The notes beneath the pieces are model-generated. The model searched no databases. It was given only the letters and a program-made list of their open reading frames with translations, and was not told the origin of the DNA. A stretch of DNA of 64,000 nucleotides from NCBI GenBank assembly GCA_040437565.1, contig JBDOQK010000006.1:558001-622000 (forward strand), in the 5' to 3' direction. Origin of the DNA: Albugo candida. Lineage: Eukaryota. The stretch's first letter is position 1, and every line of letters starts with the position of its first letter. Position numbers and translations under genes: made by a program. Shown piece by piece: positions 22,549 to 34,243 of this stretch.

Positions 22549-25500
22549 ATGGAACTTGTGCATCAATTACTGACAAAGTGTCTTGATCACATAGCTCTCT
22601 ATGGAAATGAAGGAGTTCTTGTTTCAACTCTTTTTGCTGAAGTGCTTCATGATGTACCCAGCCCATCGGTAGAAATCCAGAAGTGTCTGTGGAAACTTTT
22701 GCTGGGTCAGGCTGCCAGCAGCATTATCACATTCCATGTTCGTCCCTCACAGGTCCGTCAATACTGCTTTTCATCCGCAACATCAGTATCAGGTGATGAG
22801 GAAGAAAGCTTAACGAGATCCAACGTGCAAGTCGCAAAGGAGAGTGTGCTATTTTGCACCGTCGACTGTCCTGAATTGAAACAGGATCAGCTGCATAAAG
22901 CTGCTAATCGCGATAGACTTGCATTACTGAAAGCTTTGAGCATGTTCGATGATGTGCACACACTATGGAGTAGTCTTCATGTTGTCGGATGCCACGACTT
23001 ACGACTACGTGCTCTCAATCTTCCTCCCCGGGAGTATTTTGAGCAGTCACAAATGAAGATTTTGGAGTTTATAGGACAATGTAGACATATTGGTATCACT
23101 TTCAGTGAATTACAGAAAAAACTTGAGGCAGATATGGTACGGAAGATGGAAGAGACATATGTACTGCCAGTTCATAATGGAAAATTATGTTTATTTGGTC
23201 ACGACACACTGAATAAAGACGACTTTATTGTTCATGCGAAAGGTGATAAAGATGCAAAACCCACACCGTGTAATCTCAAGAAGCTGCATTACATTCTTGA
23301 TACATTGATTTCATATCGTCTGGTTGTGAAACGGATAATGCTTGTTCAAAACCCGACTCTGCGAAGACTCAATATCCTACATCTTCCCAGATTTGCAGGC
23401 ATGTTTCATCCTGAAATGCTCAACAAAACTGCTGAATTCGTGTTCGATGATACGTATAAAGCTCAACTCATCCAATCTGCCATTAATTATCTACAAAAGC
23501 AAGTAAATAAATCCGCTGTCGTAGTGGAAATGGGATATGATTTAGGTCTGAATAGACGTCAACTGGAAGTACTCCGAACATGTATTGCACGAGAGACCAA
23601 AAAGAATGCACAAAGCAATATGAAATTTCCTTTGATTTATTATCAGGCAGCTCTACCACATCGTGGTAACTCCAACAAGGAAAAGAAGTTATTGAATTGT
23701 GTCAAGTACGTTGGTGTATGTGAGGAAGTACATGGTACATCTTCCCAGTCGCTTATGTCGCGTTCAGGCAATGAATATCAAGACTCAGTCATGGAGATGG
23801 ATACAGCGAAGCCGAAAGGAATTTTTATCGAGCTTGGCTTGATTCAACACTTGTACGATTATATCATTAAGAGCCAGGACCGCGGAACGACCATCATCGA
23901 CCTGAGAAATGAGTATAGCTTACCTGGAAGCAAATTGCCTTACAAACTACTTGGTGAAACCGTTTCTCGCTACCAACTCGTCGCACGGCAAGAACTGATA
24001 GGAAAAAACGATGGATTTCGATTCTTTAGTCGCGCAAGTGCCGATGGAAGAGAAATTATTCCTAAGGTGTGTAAAGATGATCTCCAGAAAGCCAAATGCA
24101 CACCACAACAATACCCGACAGTCAAAAACAAAGCGTCAAGAACCGATGCTGATGATGTCTCGGGTCTGGCAGCTTCTCAACGACTAGAAAACAATAATTT
24201 GACTGCCTTCTCAAAAGAAAGTGCTGGTACAAGCAGTTGGAAGAAGACCTTCAAAGACGCCATCAACAGCGAAGGTGTACACACGGTTGAAGGAAACCGT
24301 ATACAGCGACTATTCGTCATAATGGAACGAGTCGAGAAGGAAAAAATAGTGGCTTTATATTCACTTAAAGCAAGCATTATCGCTTTTGAAAGCAAAATAG
24401 CTGACAAGCGCGGGAATGCTCACATTGCAGCACTCATAGATACTCGAACTCTGCAACGTTTAGTGCTCCAACTGCAAAGTGAAAACAAACTGAAGGTTTT
24501 GAAGCGAGAAATACAACCCCGCAACGTGACGGGAAAAGTGCGGACATTACATTATGTTGTCTCTCCGTCACATGAACACGACGAGGCAATGTTTCATGAT
24601 TTCATGCACTCTTGCGCTCGTGATGAACGATTAAGACGGATCCATCAATCACAGTCAATTGAGTCGAACGTCATGATGGTAAAAGATCGAGTATACCACG
24701 ACGCGACCGGCGTGCACCGTTCTTTTGCTTCGGCGGGTACGAATGGCCTCAACACTTGCCCTACAGCCAAAGATCATTCTATGGAGGCAGCCCAGGAGTT
24801 ACAAGATACGAGCGGTAGACACCTCGGGCCAGTTCTCCAATACCGTGAGCGTGGACACCTTAAGCGATACGAGAATAGCATGATAAAACGTCAGTACAGA
24901 AAACTTGGGCTCGCATTCGGTGTCATGTTTCGAAGCAAAGTACTTCACGAGTTTCTTTGGACGTTTCTAAATCAGAATCCGAATAATCACATTCGAGAAT
25001 TTTCAGACCAGCGACATACTCACTGCACTACAGCTGAGAATGGAACATCTGGAATCCTATTTTCTCTTCAGGAGGTTTTAGATGCAATGCCTGTGAGCAC
25101 ATATATCACAATATTTGCGGGAGGCTCTCTTTTGAATGCTCAGGAGTTTGCTCAGGTACAAAATGTCATTTCTTCAAACAACACTTTCTCTGCGTTGCCA
25201 GACGATCTACGTGAACGACTTCGGTATCGTGAGCGAATGCGAACAAGAAAAGCGCTTGGAATTCTAGTGGATCTGCACCTCATTTTGCCGCGAAGATTAG
25301 CAATTGGTAATCTGAAGGACGTACTGGTCAAGAAATGTAATGACGCTGATCTCTGCGATGAATTTTCGCGAGCACTTTTTGCAAACGCCAACAACTATTT
25401 ATTTTTACTGCGAACAGAAAACGTCCGGATCGTACTATCGCTGGAAAAAGATACCGAGGGTGCAGACAACTTCAACGTAATGTGCAAGAAATTGACCTCT

Positions 25501-27939
25501 TTGAGAGTTTTCGGCTATGCAGAAGATAAATACTCGTTCGGTTTTGACCTTCCGCTGCGTTTTGATTTTATAACGTATGATCAAGTCACTCAGTACTGGC
25601 AGGCATTGGAATGTTTATGTCTCGAGAAGGTGATGGCGGAAATGTCTTCAACGTCAGCGTTGTCATGTGCTTTTAGTCGCGTACCACTTCCCGAAAGAAT
25701 TCGCACTCTGCAAATGTTTCGTGTAATCGGATGGAAGCCACACGGGCAGAAAATACGAAAGGCCAGAAATCTCCCAATTGATACTAGCGGTATTGTCTCC
25801 AGATTAATTCGAAAACGCCGTATCAGCAAGAATACACATACTGCAAAGAAATGTTTGAAAAGACAAAAGTTGTCCGAAAAATCAGCATCATCGCCAACAG
25901 CGTCAGAAACAACAAAGTGGCTGAAAAAAACAAGTCGAGAAGTCACATCTCTACCCAGTAGACGGCGTGGCACCCGATCTGCCATTTCTCTATGGACCAC
26001 TGAACAAGATGAGTTACTACAAAATTTATACATTAAGACTACAAAAGCGAATTGGCTGGCACCAATTCCAAACGAGCTGAAGGAATCTCAGAGTGTCGTT
26101 TGTTTCCGTGCCCCATGCTTTGTTGGGCTGCGCGCAAATTATAGAGAGATTGCTAAAACGCTGGGGAAAACACGGCAAGATGTGCTGCAGCGATTAAAAA
26201 AGGTATGCAATGAACCCCGCTTTTTGCTAATGATGGAGCATGCAAAACATGAACTTCAAACTAAAAATACGGTATTCAGCGATGAAGAATCTGTCATTGC
26301 GTCGAACGACCTAACAGCTCTATTCCGACGAGCTGTGATGATGAATATTTGTTCACAAGAAGAATACAACCCACTGATAGCGGAACAATTAGTATGCCAG
26401 TGGCATCCCAACAATGTACGGCTGATTTGGCGCTATTTGTGGCTCAATTCTTGGATAGTGCGATCCAGAGCATATACGCAACACGATCGAGTATTTGTTC
26501 CGAGCCAGTACCTCCGAAATTTTTTGAAGTTACAGCCGCCAACTTACCCCGTGTCTTTATTTCTTCAAGCTGCAGACCCTGATAGTATGATAGAGTCAAA
26601 TCAAGGCTACTCTCCGACCTCGTCAAGAGACTTGGCAGTCTCATCATCAGACATCCCATCAAAATGTAGTACATATCAACATTGTACTCGTGATGGAGAA
26701 ACATCGACTGACGACCAATTTTTCGAGACTGATGCAGTGCCTGGAGATTGTGCATTGGTATTGTCATGTCAGGTGCTTGGAAGCTGCATCTTGGTACCAT
26801 CATATCAGGACAATGGCAATGGAGACTTGCCAGTCAAAACTTCCATGGACGAGAAAAGATCGAAGGTTTCGTCTATCGGAAACAACGAATGCAACAACAA
26901 GACGAATGTTGTTGGCTTTGCTGCTCATGTCACAGAGTACACTGGTTGCGTGGACCATTTTGCGCTGATCGACTTGTGGCAAGTAGTGCTGAGATTTCGT
27001 TTCGAGACTACTGGTACACCGGATGTTCCTGAGCAATTACAGACGTTTTCAATGGTGCCACTTGATTCAGAAAGTACGTCCTGTTGCATTAATGACATCA
27101 ATCCAGACTGGACCGCCTTTAAGCCGCTATTGGTCTCAAACTTAGAGAATGATATCATATCAACCACAGAGAAACGCTGCGGTGAAGGAATCACTTTTGA
27201 TGACTTACTATTGTGCCTAAAAATGCCGAAATTTGCCTTGGCGGAAGATGGCAAGATAATGACTGCTATTCATTCATCGAGTCACGGAAGTCGTGTCGAA
27301 GAATTTGTGGTGGATGTACTGAATTCATGCGTGAAGAAGAATCAGCTATTGCGCGTGAATGGATACGATCGACAAATATATGTCCACCCAAAGTTCGGCA
27401 ATAAGTGGCTTCTCCACTCTTATAAGCTCGTAGCTGATCGGCGATGTCCGTCAATTGAACGCGTTGATTTTGACCTAAGCAAGGGCACACTACTATACCC
27501 TTGGTCCAAAATGGATGGAGAAGTAAATGAAATGTTTCTGGTCTCCATTCAGCGTAGAATCGTGGCTTGCTTACTGGAGAAACCAGGAATTACGGATCGA
27601 CACATCCAACGCGAACTAAATGGACTATTGACATTACAAGACACACGTGAAGTCCTTGCAATGCTGGTTCGGAAAGCCGTAATCTACTATAGGGGTATGC
27701 AGTCGCTCAACAGCGGCGGTCAAGACTGTCCTACTACTATGAAGAAGTGCATGTTATGGGACCGCTGCTTTCAACTCTCGAAAAACATTTCTCAAATAGA
27801 CGGAAGTGGTAACGGTCCGAGTATTGTCCGATTGCAGTTGCCTAAGGTGGATCACGGTCGAAAACTGGTTGAATCACATTACTTTCCTCATGTTGATTGT
27901 ATCCAGCGTTTTGGCAATATGATACAGGAAATCTTCTAA
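22549..27939 (+). CDS. GTF3C1: General transcription factor IIIC subunit 1 (B-block binding, Tfc3/tau138-like)
   Basis: 1796-aa ORF; LDHIALYGNEG (cf. DEVALEGxxG); winged-helix QMKILEFIGQCRHIGIT..EL...LHYILDTL..RLVVKR; IDTRTLQRL..L; WTTEQDELL; PWSKMDGEVN...LLEKPGI near the C-terminus. Confidence 0.8.
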   Translation: MELVHQLLTKCLDHIALYGNEGVLVSTLFAEVLHDVPSPSVEIQKCLWKLLLGQAASSIITFHVRPSQVRQYCFSSATSVSGDEEESLTRSNVQVAKESVLFCTVDCPELKQDQLHKAANRDRLALLKALSMFDDVHTLWSSLHVVGCHDLRLRALNLPPREYFEQSQMKILEFIGQCRHIGITFSELQKKLEADMVRKMEETYVLPVHNGKLCLFGHDTLNKDDFIVHAKGDKDAKPTPCNLKKLHYILDTLISYRLVVKRIMLVQNPTLRRLNILHLPRFAGMFHPEMLNKTAEFVFDDTYKAQLIQSAINYLQKQVNKSAVVVEMGYDLGLNRRQLEVLRTCIARETKKNAQSNMKFPLIYYQAALPHRGNSNKEKKLLNCVKYVGVCEEVHGTSSQSLMSRSGNEYQDSVMEMDTAKPKGIFIELGLIQHLYDYIIKSQDRGTTIIDLRNEYSLPGSKLPYKLLGETVSRYQLVARQELIGKNDGFRFFSRASADGREIIPKVCKDDLQKAKCTPQQYPTVKNKASRTDADDVSGLAASQRLENNNLTAFSKESAGTSSWKKTFKDAINSEGVHTVEGNRIQRLFVIMERVEKEKIVALYSLKASIIAFESKIADKRGNAHIAALIDTRTLQRLVLQLQSENKLKVLKREIQPRNVTGKVRTLHYVVSPSHEHDEAMFHDFMHSCARDERLRRIHQSQSIESNVMMVKDRVYHDATGVHRSFASAGTNGLNTCPTAKDHSMEAAQELQDTSGRHLGPVLQYRERGHLKRYENSMIKRQYRKLGLAFGVMFRSKVLHEFLWTFLNQNPNNHIREFSDQRHTHCTTAENGTSGILFSLQEVLDAMPVSTYITIFAGGSLLNAQEFAQVQNVISSNNTFSALPDDLRERLRYRERMRTRKALGILVDLHLILPRRLAIGNLKDVLVKKCNDADLCDEFSRALFANANNYLFLLRTENVRIVLSLEKDTEGADNFNVMCKKLTSLRVFGYAEDKYSFGFDLPLRFDFITYDQVTQYWQALECLCLEKVMAEMSSTSALSCAFSRVPLPERIRTLQMFRVIGWKPHGQKIRKARNLPIDTSGIVSRLIRKRRISKNTHTAKKCLKRQKLSEKSASSPTASETTKWLKKTSREVTSLPSRRRGTRSAISLWTTEQDELLQNLYIKTTKANWLAPIPNELKESQSVVCFRAPCFVGLRANYREIAKTLGKTRQDVLQRLKKVCNEPRFLLMMEHAKHELQTKNTVFSDEESVIASNDLTALFRRAVMMNICSQEEYNPLIAEQLVCQWHPNNVRLIWRYLWLNSWIVRSRAYTQHDRVFVPSQYLRNFLKLQPPTYPVSLFLQAADPDSMIESNQGYSPTSSRDLAVSSSDIPSKCSTYQHCTRDGETSTDDQFFETDAVPGDCALVLSCQVLGSCILVPSYQDNGNGDLPVKTSMDEKRSKVSSIGNNECNNKTNVVGFAAHVTEYTGCVDHFALIDLWQVVLRFRFETTGTPDVPEQLQTFSMVPLDSESTSCCINDINPDWTAFKPLLVSNLENDIISTTEKRCGEGITFDDLLLCLKMPKFALAEDGKIMTAIHSSSHGSRVEEFVVDVLNSCVKKNQLLRVNGYDRQIYVHPKFGNKWLLHSYKLVADRRCPSIERVDFDLSKGTLLYPWSKMDGEVNEMFLVSIQRRIVACLLEKPGITDRHIQRELNGLLTLQDTREVLAMLVRKAVIYYRGMQSLNSGGQDCPTTMKKCMLWDRCFQLSKNISQIDGSGNGPSIVRLQLPKVDHGRKLVESHYFPHVDCIQRFGNMIQEIF

Positions 27940-28148
27940 TCTAACGAGAATTTATTTCGATGTCTGAGATTTGTGTGAAACTGTATCGAAGATTGCACTT
28001 GTTGCGAATTGGAGGTGTGATGTTGTTTTTTCATCATACGATAATCAATAGATACCTTTAGAGAAAATGCTTGTTACAGCATTTGAAGCTCCAGTGTGTG
28101 CTCACATTAATCCAGGTTCTAATCAGCATCCAACAATTCTCAAACTCG

Positions 28149-29503
28149 ATGGTACTTGGCCGTCTTTTACGACAAATTCCATGTCGTCTTCGCTTCCAGA
28201 AACACATCCTATCGTCACGCCTGTTTCATGGATCAGTAGGCATCGTAGGCCTTCCCAACGTAGGAAAGTCGACATTGTTCAATGCCCTTACGAAAACGCA
28301 GATCGCCCAGGCAGCAAATTATCCATTTTGCACTATCGATCCAAATATTGCTTTAACAGCAGTCCCCGATGAGCGCGTTCATGAGCTTGCAAAGCTGGAA
28401 AACTCGCAACAGACTATCGAGACCCAGGTTTGTATCTATTAATTATGTACTCAGTGATAGTCTAATTGCTTATAGACCCACCCAGCTAGAGTTTGTCGAT
28501 ATTGCTGGCTTGGTTCGAGGTGCTTCCAAAGGAGAGGGATTAGGCATGCCGTAGTAATTGATTTCTCGAAATGCCACTCATTTTAGTATCATTGCTGGCT
28601 AATAGGAAATCAGTTCCTGAATAACATTCGACAGGTTTCAGTCATAGCCCATGTCCTTCGCTGCTTTGAAGACACGGACATTGTGCATGTGGACTCTCGC
28701 ATTGATCCTATAAGTGACCTCCTAACCGTTCGAACTGAGCTGGCTTTGGCTGATCTGCAGACAGTGGAGAGAAAGCTCGAGAATATGACCAGAAAGAAAA
28801 CGTATGATTCATTTTGGCATCAAGTTTGAGTTTTTTGACAATCTGATTTCTTGTTAGATTACTTGACAAAAAGAATGCCGTGCTCTTACATGTGCTTGAG
28901 CGATCAAAAGCTCAACTGGAGAATGATTTATATTTACAAAGATTGGACTTTGAAGATAGTGAAGAAAGAATACAATTTGAACAGCTGCAATTATTGACAG
29001 CCAAAAAAGTCTTATATCTTTGTAACGTTTCTGAAGGTGAGGCTAAAAGTGGCAACGAGATGACACAAAACGTATCGACAATGGCCAAGTCAGAGGGAAA
29101 CATTTGTCTCGTCATATCCGCAGCATTGGAGGAAGCCGCTGCAAGTTTTGAAGATGATGCGACCCAATTGGAATACCTGGAATCTTGTGGAATGGCCGAA
29201 ACAGGATTGACAAAAGTCATTCAAGCGTGCCGGGACATTTTACAATTGCAGACATTCTATACAGTTGGTCCGAAAGAAGCTCGTGCTTGGAGCATACGAA
29301 AAGGATTTACTGCAGCTGAAGCAGCAGCTACCATCCATTCAGATTTTGCACGACTTCTTATCCGGGCCGAGACGATCTCTTATCATGACTTTATCCAGGC
29401 TGGGAATGCGAAGATCGCAAAAGAGAAGGGTTTAACCCGGGCTGAAGGGAAAGATTACATATGTCAAGACGGCGATGTATTCAACTTTTTGGTAGGCAGA
29501 TAA
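28149..29503 (+). CDS. ychF: YchF/OLA1-family ATPase/GTPase, probably mitochondrial
   Basis: [70 protein letters not shown]; Arg-rich presequence [16 protein letters not shown]; three introns. Confidence 0.92.
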
Positions 29504-29599
29504 GAAATAGATCTAATCGATGCATTCTACTGTTTTGCATACGTTCTGCATAAATGTGGCTGAACACTAAGTAGGGCTCAATCAGACATAAAGCCAGCC

Positions 29600-30830
29600 A
29601 TGATTCAAGACATACATCCCATCTTTCAAGCGTTCTTAGGCACTTGTTTTACATGGGGACTGACTGCCATGGTATAGTCATACATCTTTAATCATTGCAT
29701 TGCAATATTATTGTGACACCTACCCATCTACTAATACATTTTTTATGTTGTTGCGATGATGTAGGGTGCAGCTCTTGTGTATTTGTTGGATATCGATGAC
29801 AAAGTCAAAAGTAAAAAAATGCTTGATGCTATGCTGGTGCGGCTCTTCAAATAAGTGTTCGCACCTTCCATACAGTGAAAAGTGATTGTAGGGATTTGCA
29901 GGGGGAGTGATGCTGGCAGCTTCATATTGGTCACTATTGGCTCCAGCTATTGATATTGCCCAAGAATCTCAATTATACGGCACCGATGGCCGCTGGGTGT
30001 TTCTTCCTGTTAGCATTGGGTTTGCGCTGGGAGCAGGGGCCATGCTGGCGACAGAAAGTATTTTACTTCTATTGCAATCAAATTCGATTAAATCGCATGA
30101 CATCAGTAAAAAGTGTGACGATATGCCGAAGCAAGAAACATCTGGTAATACAGGCAAGCTTGAACTTTACTCCCTTCTATTCACGGCGTGTTCTTGATAG
30201 CTTGTGCTTACAGAACACGACCTGAATCCCATGACATGTTTTGGCGTTGGAAAGAATGTGGATGAGTGAGATGCACTTTGCTAATCTTGAATTCAAGTAT
30301 ATGAACAATTCCATTAGGTCACGTCGAGTTCTGCTTTTAGTCATTGCGATCACATTGCACAACTTTCCTGAAGGTCTAGCTGTCGGTGTTGGTTTTGGAA
30401 GCATTGGTCAGAGCGTCAAGTCCACATTTGCAAATGCAGTCAATCTGGCAGTTGGAGTCGGATTGCAAAACTTCCCAGAAGGGCTCGTTGTCTCGATGCC
30501 TCTTCGACGTGCAGGGATGTCACCTTTCCGCGCTTTTATGTGGGGGCAATTGAGTGGCATTGTGGAACCTGTAGGCGGTGTGGGTGAATCGCTTTGACCA
30601 GAGACAATACAAGTTGTGACGTATTTTCATAGATACTAGGAGCCGCTTCTGTGCTGTACATCCAGCCGTTACTACCGTATGCACTATCATTCGCAGCTGG
30701 AGCCATGATTTTCGTTGTTGTTGATGACTTGATCCCAGAAGCGAATCGAAGCGGAAATTCAAAATTGGCAACTATTGGAATAATCGCAGGGTTTATTGTG
30801 ATGATGAGCTTAGACGTGGCATTTAGTTAG
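29600..30830 (+). CDS. ZIP11: ZIP-family zinc/iron transporter (ZIP11/GufA-like)
   Basis: [70 protein letters not shown]; multi-exon. Confidence 0.9.
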
Positions 30831-30873
30831 ACCGGAAAGGTCTGGCGATAGTAATCCAGCTGTGCAATTTTCT

Positions 30874-33022
30874 CTACTCATTGTCTGTTTCCTCTAGCAA
30901 GACAAATGTGGTATTTACACCATGTTGTTCATTATCAAATGTTTCGTCGTATGTCGGATTCCCACATTCGTAGTGTTTCATCAATCTGGGCGAAACTGCC
31001 AACAGGATCAAAAAACACAACAGCGCTAGAGCCAGTTGGTCGACTCTAGTGAACGTTCCAGAAGAGATTATTCGTGATACGATAGTTCGAAATGTTGCCG
31101 GTGACTGGGAGGCCATTTTGATCATCGAGGATTTCGTGACTGATATTTGTGAGCAATTTGCTGGTGCAATACCAATTTGCCGATTTTCCAGATCATAAAC
31201 AATGTTGTGATCAATCAGTACACTAGCTCCTAATATCGTTGCTCCTACTTGCGCGGTAAATGAAATTGTTCCTTCGTATCGGTTGACTCCAGCTGCGATA
31301 TAATACTGCAAGGCTTTCATGCATATTGTCGCACCGCCTTCGAAATGAAAGCATATCCGTGGTAGCGTGTCAAGCCCTTGTTTTACTGCCGGGAAATGCA
31401 TTATTGTACGAAATAAAGGTGGAAATGTTGCTCCACCTTTATTTCGTACAATAATGCATTTCCCGGCAGTAAAACAAGGGCTTGNNNNNNNNNNNNNNNN
31501 NNNNNNNNNNNNNNNNNNNNNNNNNNNNNNNNNNNNNNNNNNNNNNNNNNNNNNNNNNNNNNNNNNNNNNNNNNNNNNNNNNNNCTCTAGTGAACGTTCC
31601 AGAAGAGATTATTCGTGATACGATAGTTCGAAATGTTGCCGGTGACTGGGAGGCCATTTTGATCATCGAGGATTTCGTGACTGATATTTGTGAGCAATTT
31701 GCTGGTGCAATACCAATTTGCCGATTTTCCAGATCATAAACAATGTTGTGATCAATCAGTACACTAGCTCCTAATATCGTTGCTCCTACTTGCGCGGTAA
31801 ATGAAATTGTTCCTTCGTATCGGTTGACTCCAGCTGCGATATAATACTGCAAGGCTTTCATGCATATTGTCGCACCGCCTTCGAAATGAAAGCATATCCG
31901 TGGTAGCGTGTCAAGCCCTTGTTTTACTGCCGGGAAATGCATTATTGTACGAAATAAAGGTGGAGCAACATTTCCACCTGTAGCTTCTTCCCACGCTTGA
32001 AGAAAGGCTGATTTGACCTTCATTGGGAGATACAAAAACGTCGTTCCACTGTCAAAGACGCAGCCTCGTCCCTGATTGTAGTCGCTAGACTCGACATGCA
32101 ATGGAACGTGATCTATTTCAACGGACTTTAAATTCACAACCCAGTACTGATAAGTACTTTTCATTAGTGGAGTGTACATAATCTTGGGCTGGTTTATCAA
32201 ATCTTCAACCCCTCCCAGCACCAATTTGCCACCGTCAGTTGCGAGACACTGACTGAATACACGTTGTTTTAGTACCTTCTCACGATAGAGCTGCTCCAAA
32301 ATGGAGTCTTTATGTATTGATAAACCCATGATACCGTCTGCGGATTGCTGCATGAAAACGCCAGATTGGCGAAAGATGCACCCAAATTCAATGTTGCCTC
32401 CAAAGGCTTTCGTCTTCCCGAAAGAAATATAATCTTCTACCTTGTAAGCCTCCCACATATCGCCTTCTACGTATATCTGACCATATTTACATTTTTTGTC
32501 GACACACTCGTCGCAGTTGTCCCACACATCGAGAAAATTTGTAACGGAATCGCAGTGTACAAAATGGCCATGACTGGTTGACTTTTCTAAACGGTAAGGC
32601 GGATTCTTATGATGTTGTCCACACGCAGTACATTGATCACATAGGAAAGCTGTTCTACCACTTCCTGTGTCGATGATCAGTTCTCGTCTTTGACCCCCGA
32701 CATCTACCTCAACAGTATGCGATCCTTCTCCACGGGATACGCTGGTCTCCACATGATTTTCCGTCGAACTGTGCGTATGATTTGTGAATAATCTCTTAAT
32801 GTATCGAATAAATTCTGGTTCTTTAAGTTTCCGTTCAGCGGAACGAGCCAATAGATATTCTGATGTATTTTGTCCGCAAGATGCTTCAGTAATAAGCTCC
32901 AATTCATTCGGTACGGTCATGTGTAATTTTTTCAGTCTCAAGCGCATCAATCCAGGAATCGCTGTGATCTCGCTATAATGCCCAGCGCAGTTTAATATCG
33001 TCAAGTACAATATAGGTTTCAT
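30874..33022 (-). CDS. A1-family aspartic protease with C-terminal TM (plasmepsin V-like)
   Basis: IIDTGSG..AFLCDQCTACGQH and FDSGTT catalytic motifs; hydrophobic N-terminus; C-terminal LALALLCFLILLAV; collapsing the duplication gives one 535-aa frame. Confidence 0.9.
31044..31964. repeat. Exact duplication plus fold-back flanking a gap (probable artifact)
   Basis: 31044-31423 = 31585-31964; hairpin at 31371-31484. Confidence 0.85.
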
Positions 33023-33243
33023 GGCTCGCACATAAGATTTGAAGAGAATTGATGTTACTGTGAATATATGCTGGTGATGAGCGACCTTTAACAGCAACAA
33101 AGTGATGTTTAGCCGATCGATAACGCTTGTATATATATATACCATTCTTTGGATCAAGAAGATTACATTTTTTTGATAGTAAAAGCAAGATTATGTGTGT
33201 TCTCTGTGATAAACATATAAAGTACGATACTCGAGGTCTGGAA

Positions 33244-34184
33244 ATGGCTACTTCTGAAATGCCGTCACATATCATAGACCATGTTTATGTTGGGTCTCGC
33301 CAACATGCACGAGGGTATGACATACTGAAACAACTTAAGATCACACATATACTCAATGTGAGTCAATACGAGAGCTGTGATCTTTCTTACAGCTTTTCTC
33401 TTCCAAAGTATAGGTAACTCCATCGCGAGATACAGATCCTATTTCCGGAGTCCCGAACTTTTTTGAGAAAAAGAAGCTGTTCATGTGAGTTTCTGTCAAC
33501 TAGGTGCACCGTGTTGAAATAGTGAACCTCTGTATGACTCAGATATCGCCGGTGCGCAATATTTGACAGCAAATCAGAGGATTTGGGTCCGATTATCGAA
33601 AGCTCCGTGGATTTCATCGAAACCGCGAAACATTACGGTAAAGTTCTTTGACTTTCTTGTCTGGTAGCATATTTACCGAAATTGTAGCAAACTATTGTGC
33701 TGGCTCATACAGGGCGGATACTTGTGCACTGCAACAAAGGCATCAGTCGTTCGGTATCGTTGGTGGTAGCTTACATTCTAAAGTATCACCATCTAAGTTA
33801 CGACGAAGCACTCGCTCTAGTGAAAAAGAAAAGACCAGTTGTAAGCTTTTATGGAACAATTTCTATTCGAATTCTGGTGATTCCAATTGTGTTTGATATG
33901 CGAAGTAGGCAAGTCCCAACACTACCTTTCTTCATCAATTGCAGGCATATGCGCGAAAGCAAAATTGTCAGAAGATACCAACTACATCAGAAGTGGAGAA
34001 AGACGAACAAAGCTCACTTATAGGACCTTCGATGCGATATGCAGTCGAAACATTGATAGGGCCAAAACTACCAAAAGATATGCGAAGTACAGAATCACGA
34101 GCATGCGAGACAAACCGTGTTGAATCTGCTGAATCCAATTCAAGTCAGGAGCCACGAATCCATAAGAAGCGTAAGGTAGACTAA
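33244..34184 (+). CDS. Dual-specificity protein phosphatase
   Basis: IIDHVYVGS..A....LKQLKITHILNV and ILVHCNKGISRS (HCx5R); multi-exon; basic C-terminus HKKRKVD. Confidence 0.88.
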
Positions 34185-34243
34185 TACTGAGAACTGTTGG
34201 CATTAGCTAAGAATGAAAGAGAATAGCTGATAGTATTACGAGT

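Noticed and set aside
30154-30213. Possible GC-AG intron in ZIP11
   Set aside because: A canonical GTAATA donor 9 nt upstream gives the same phase.
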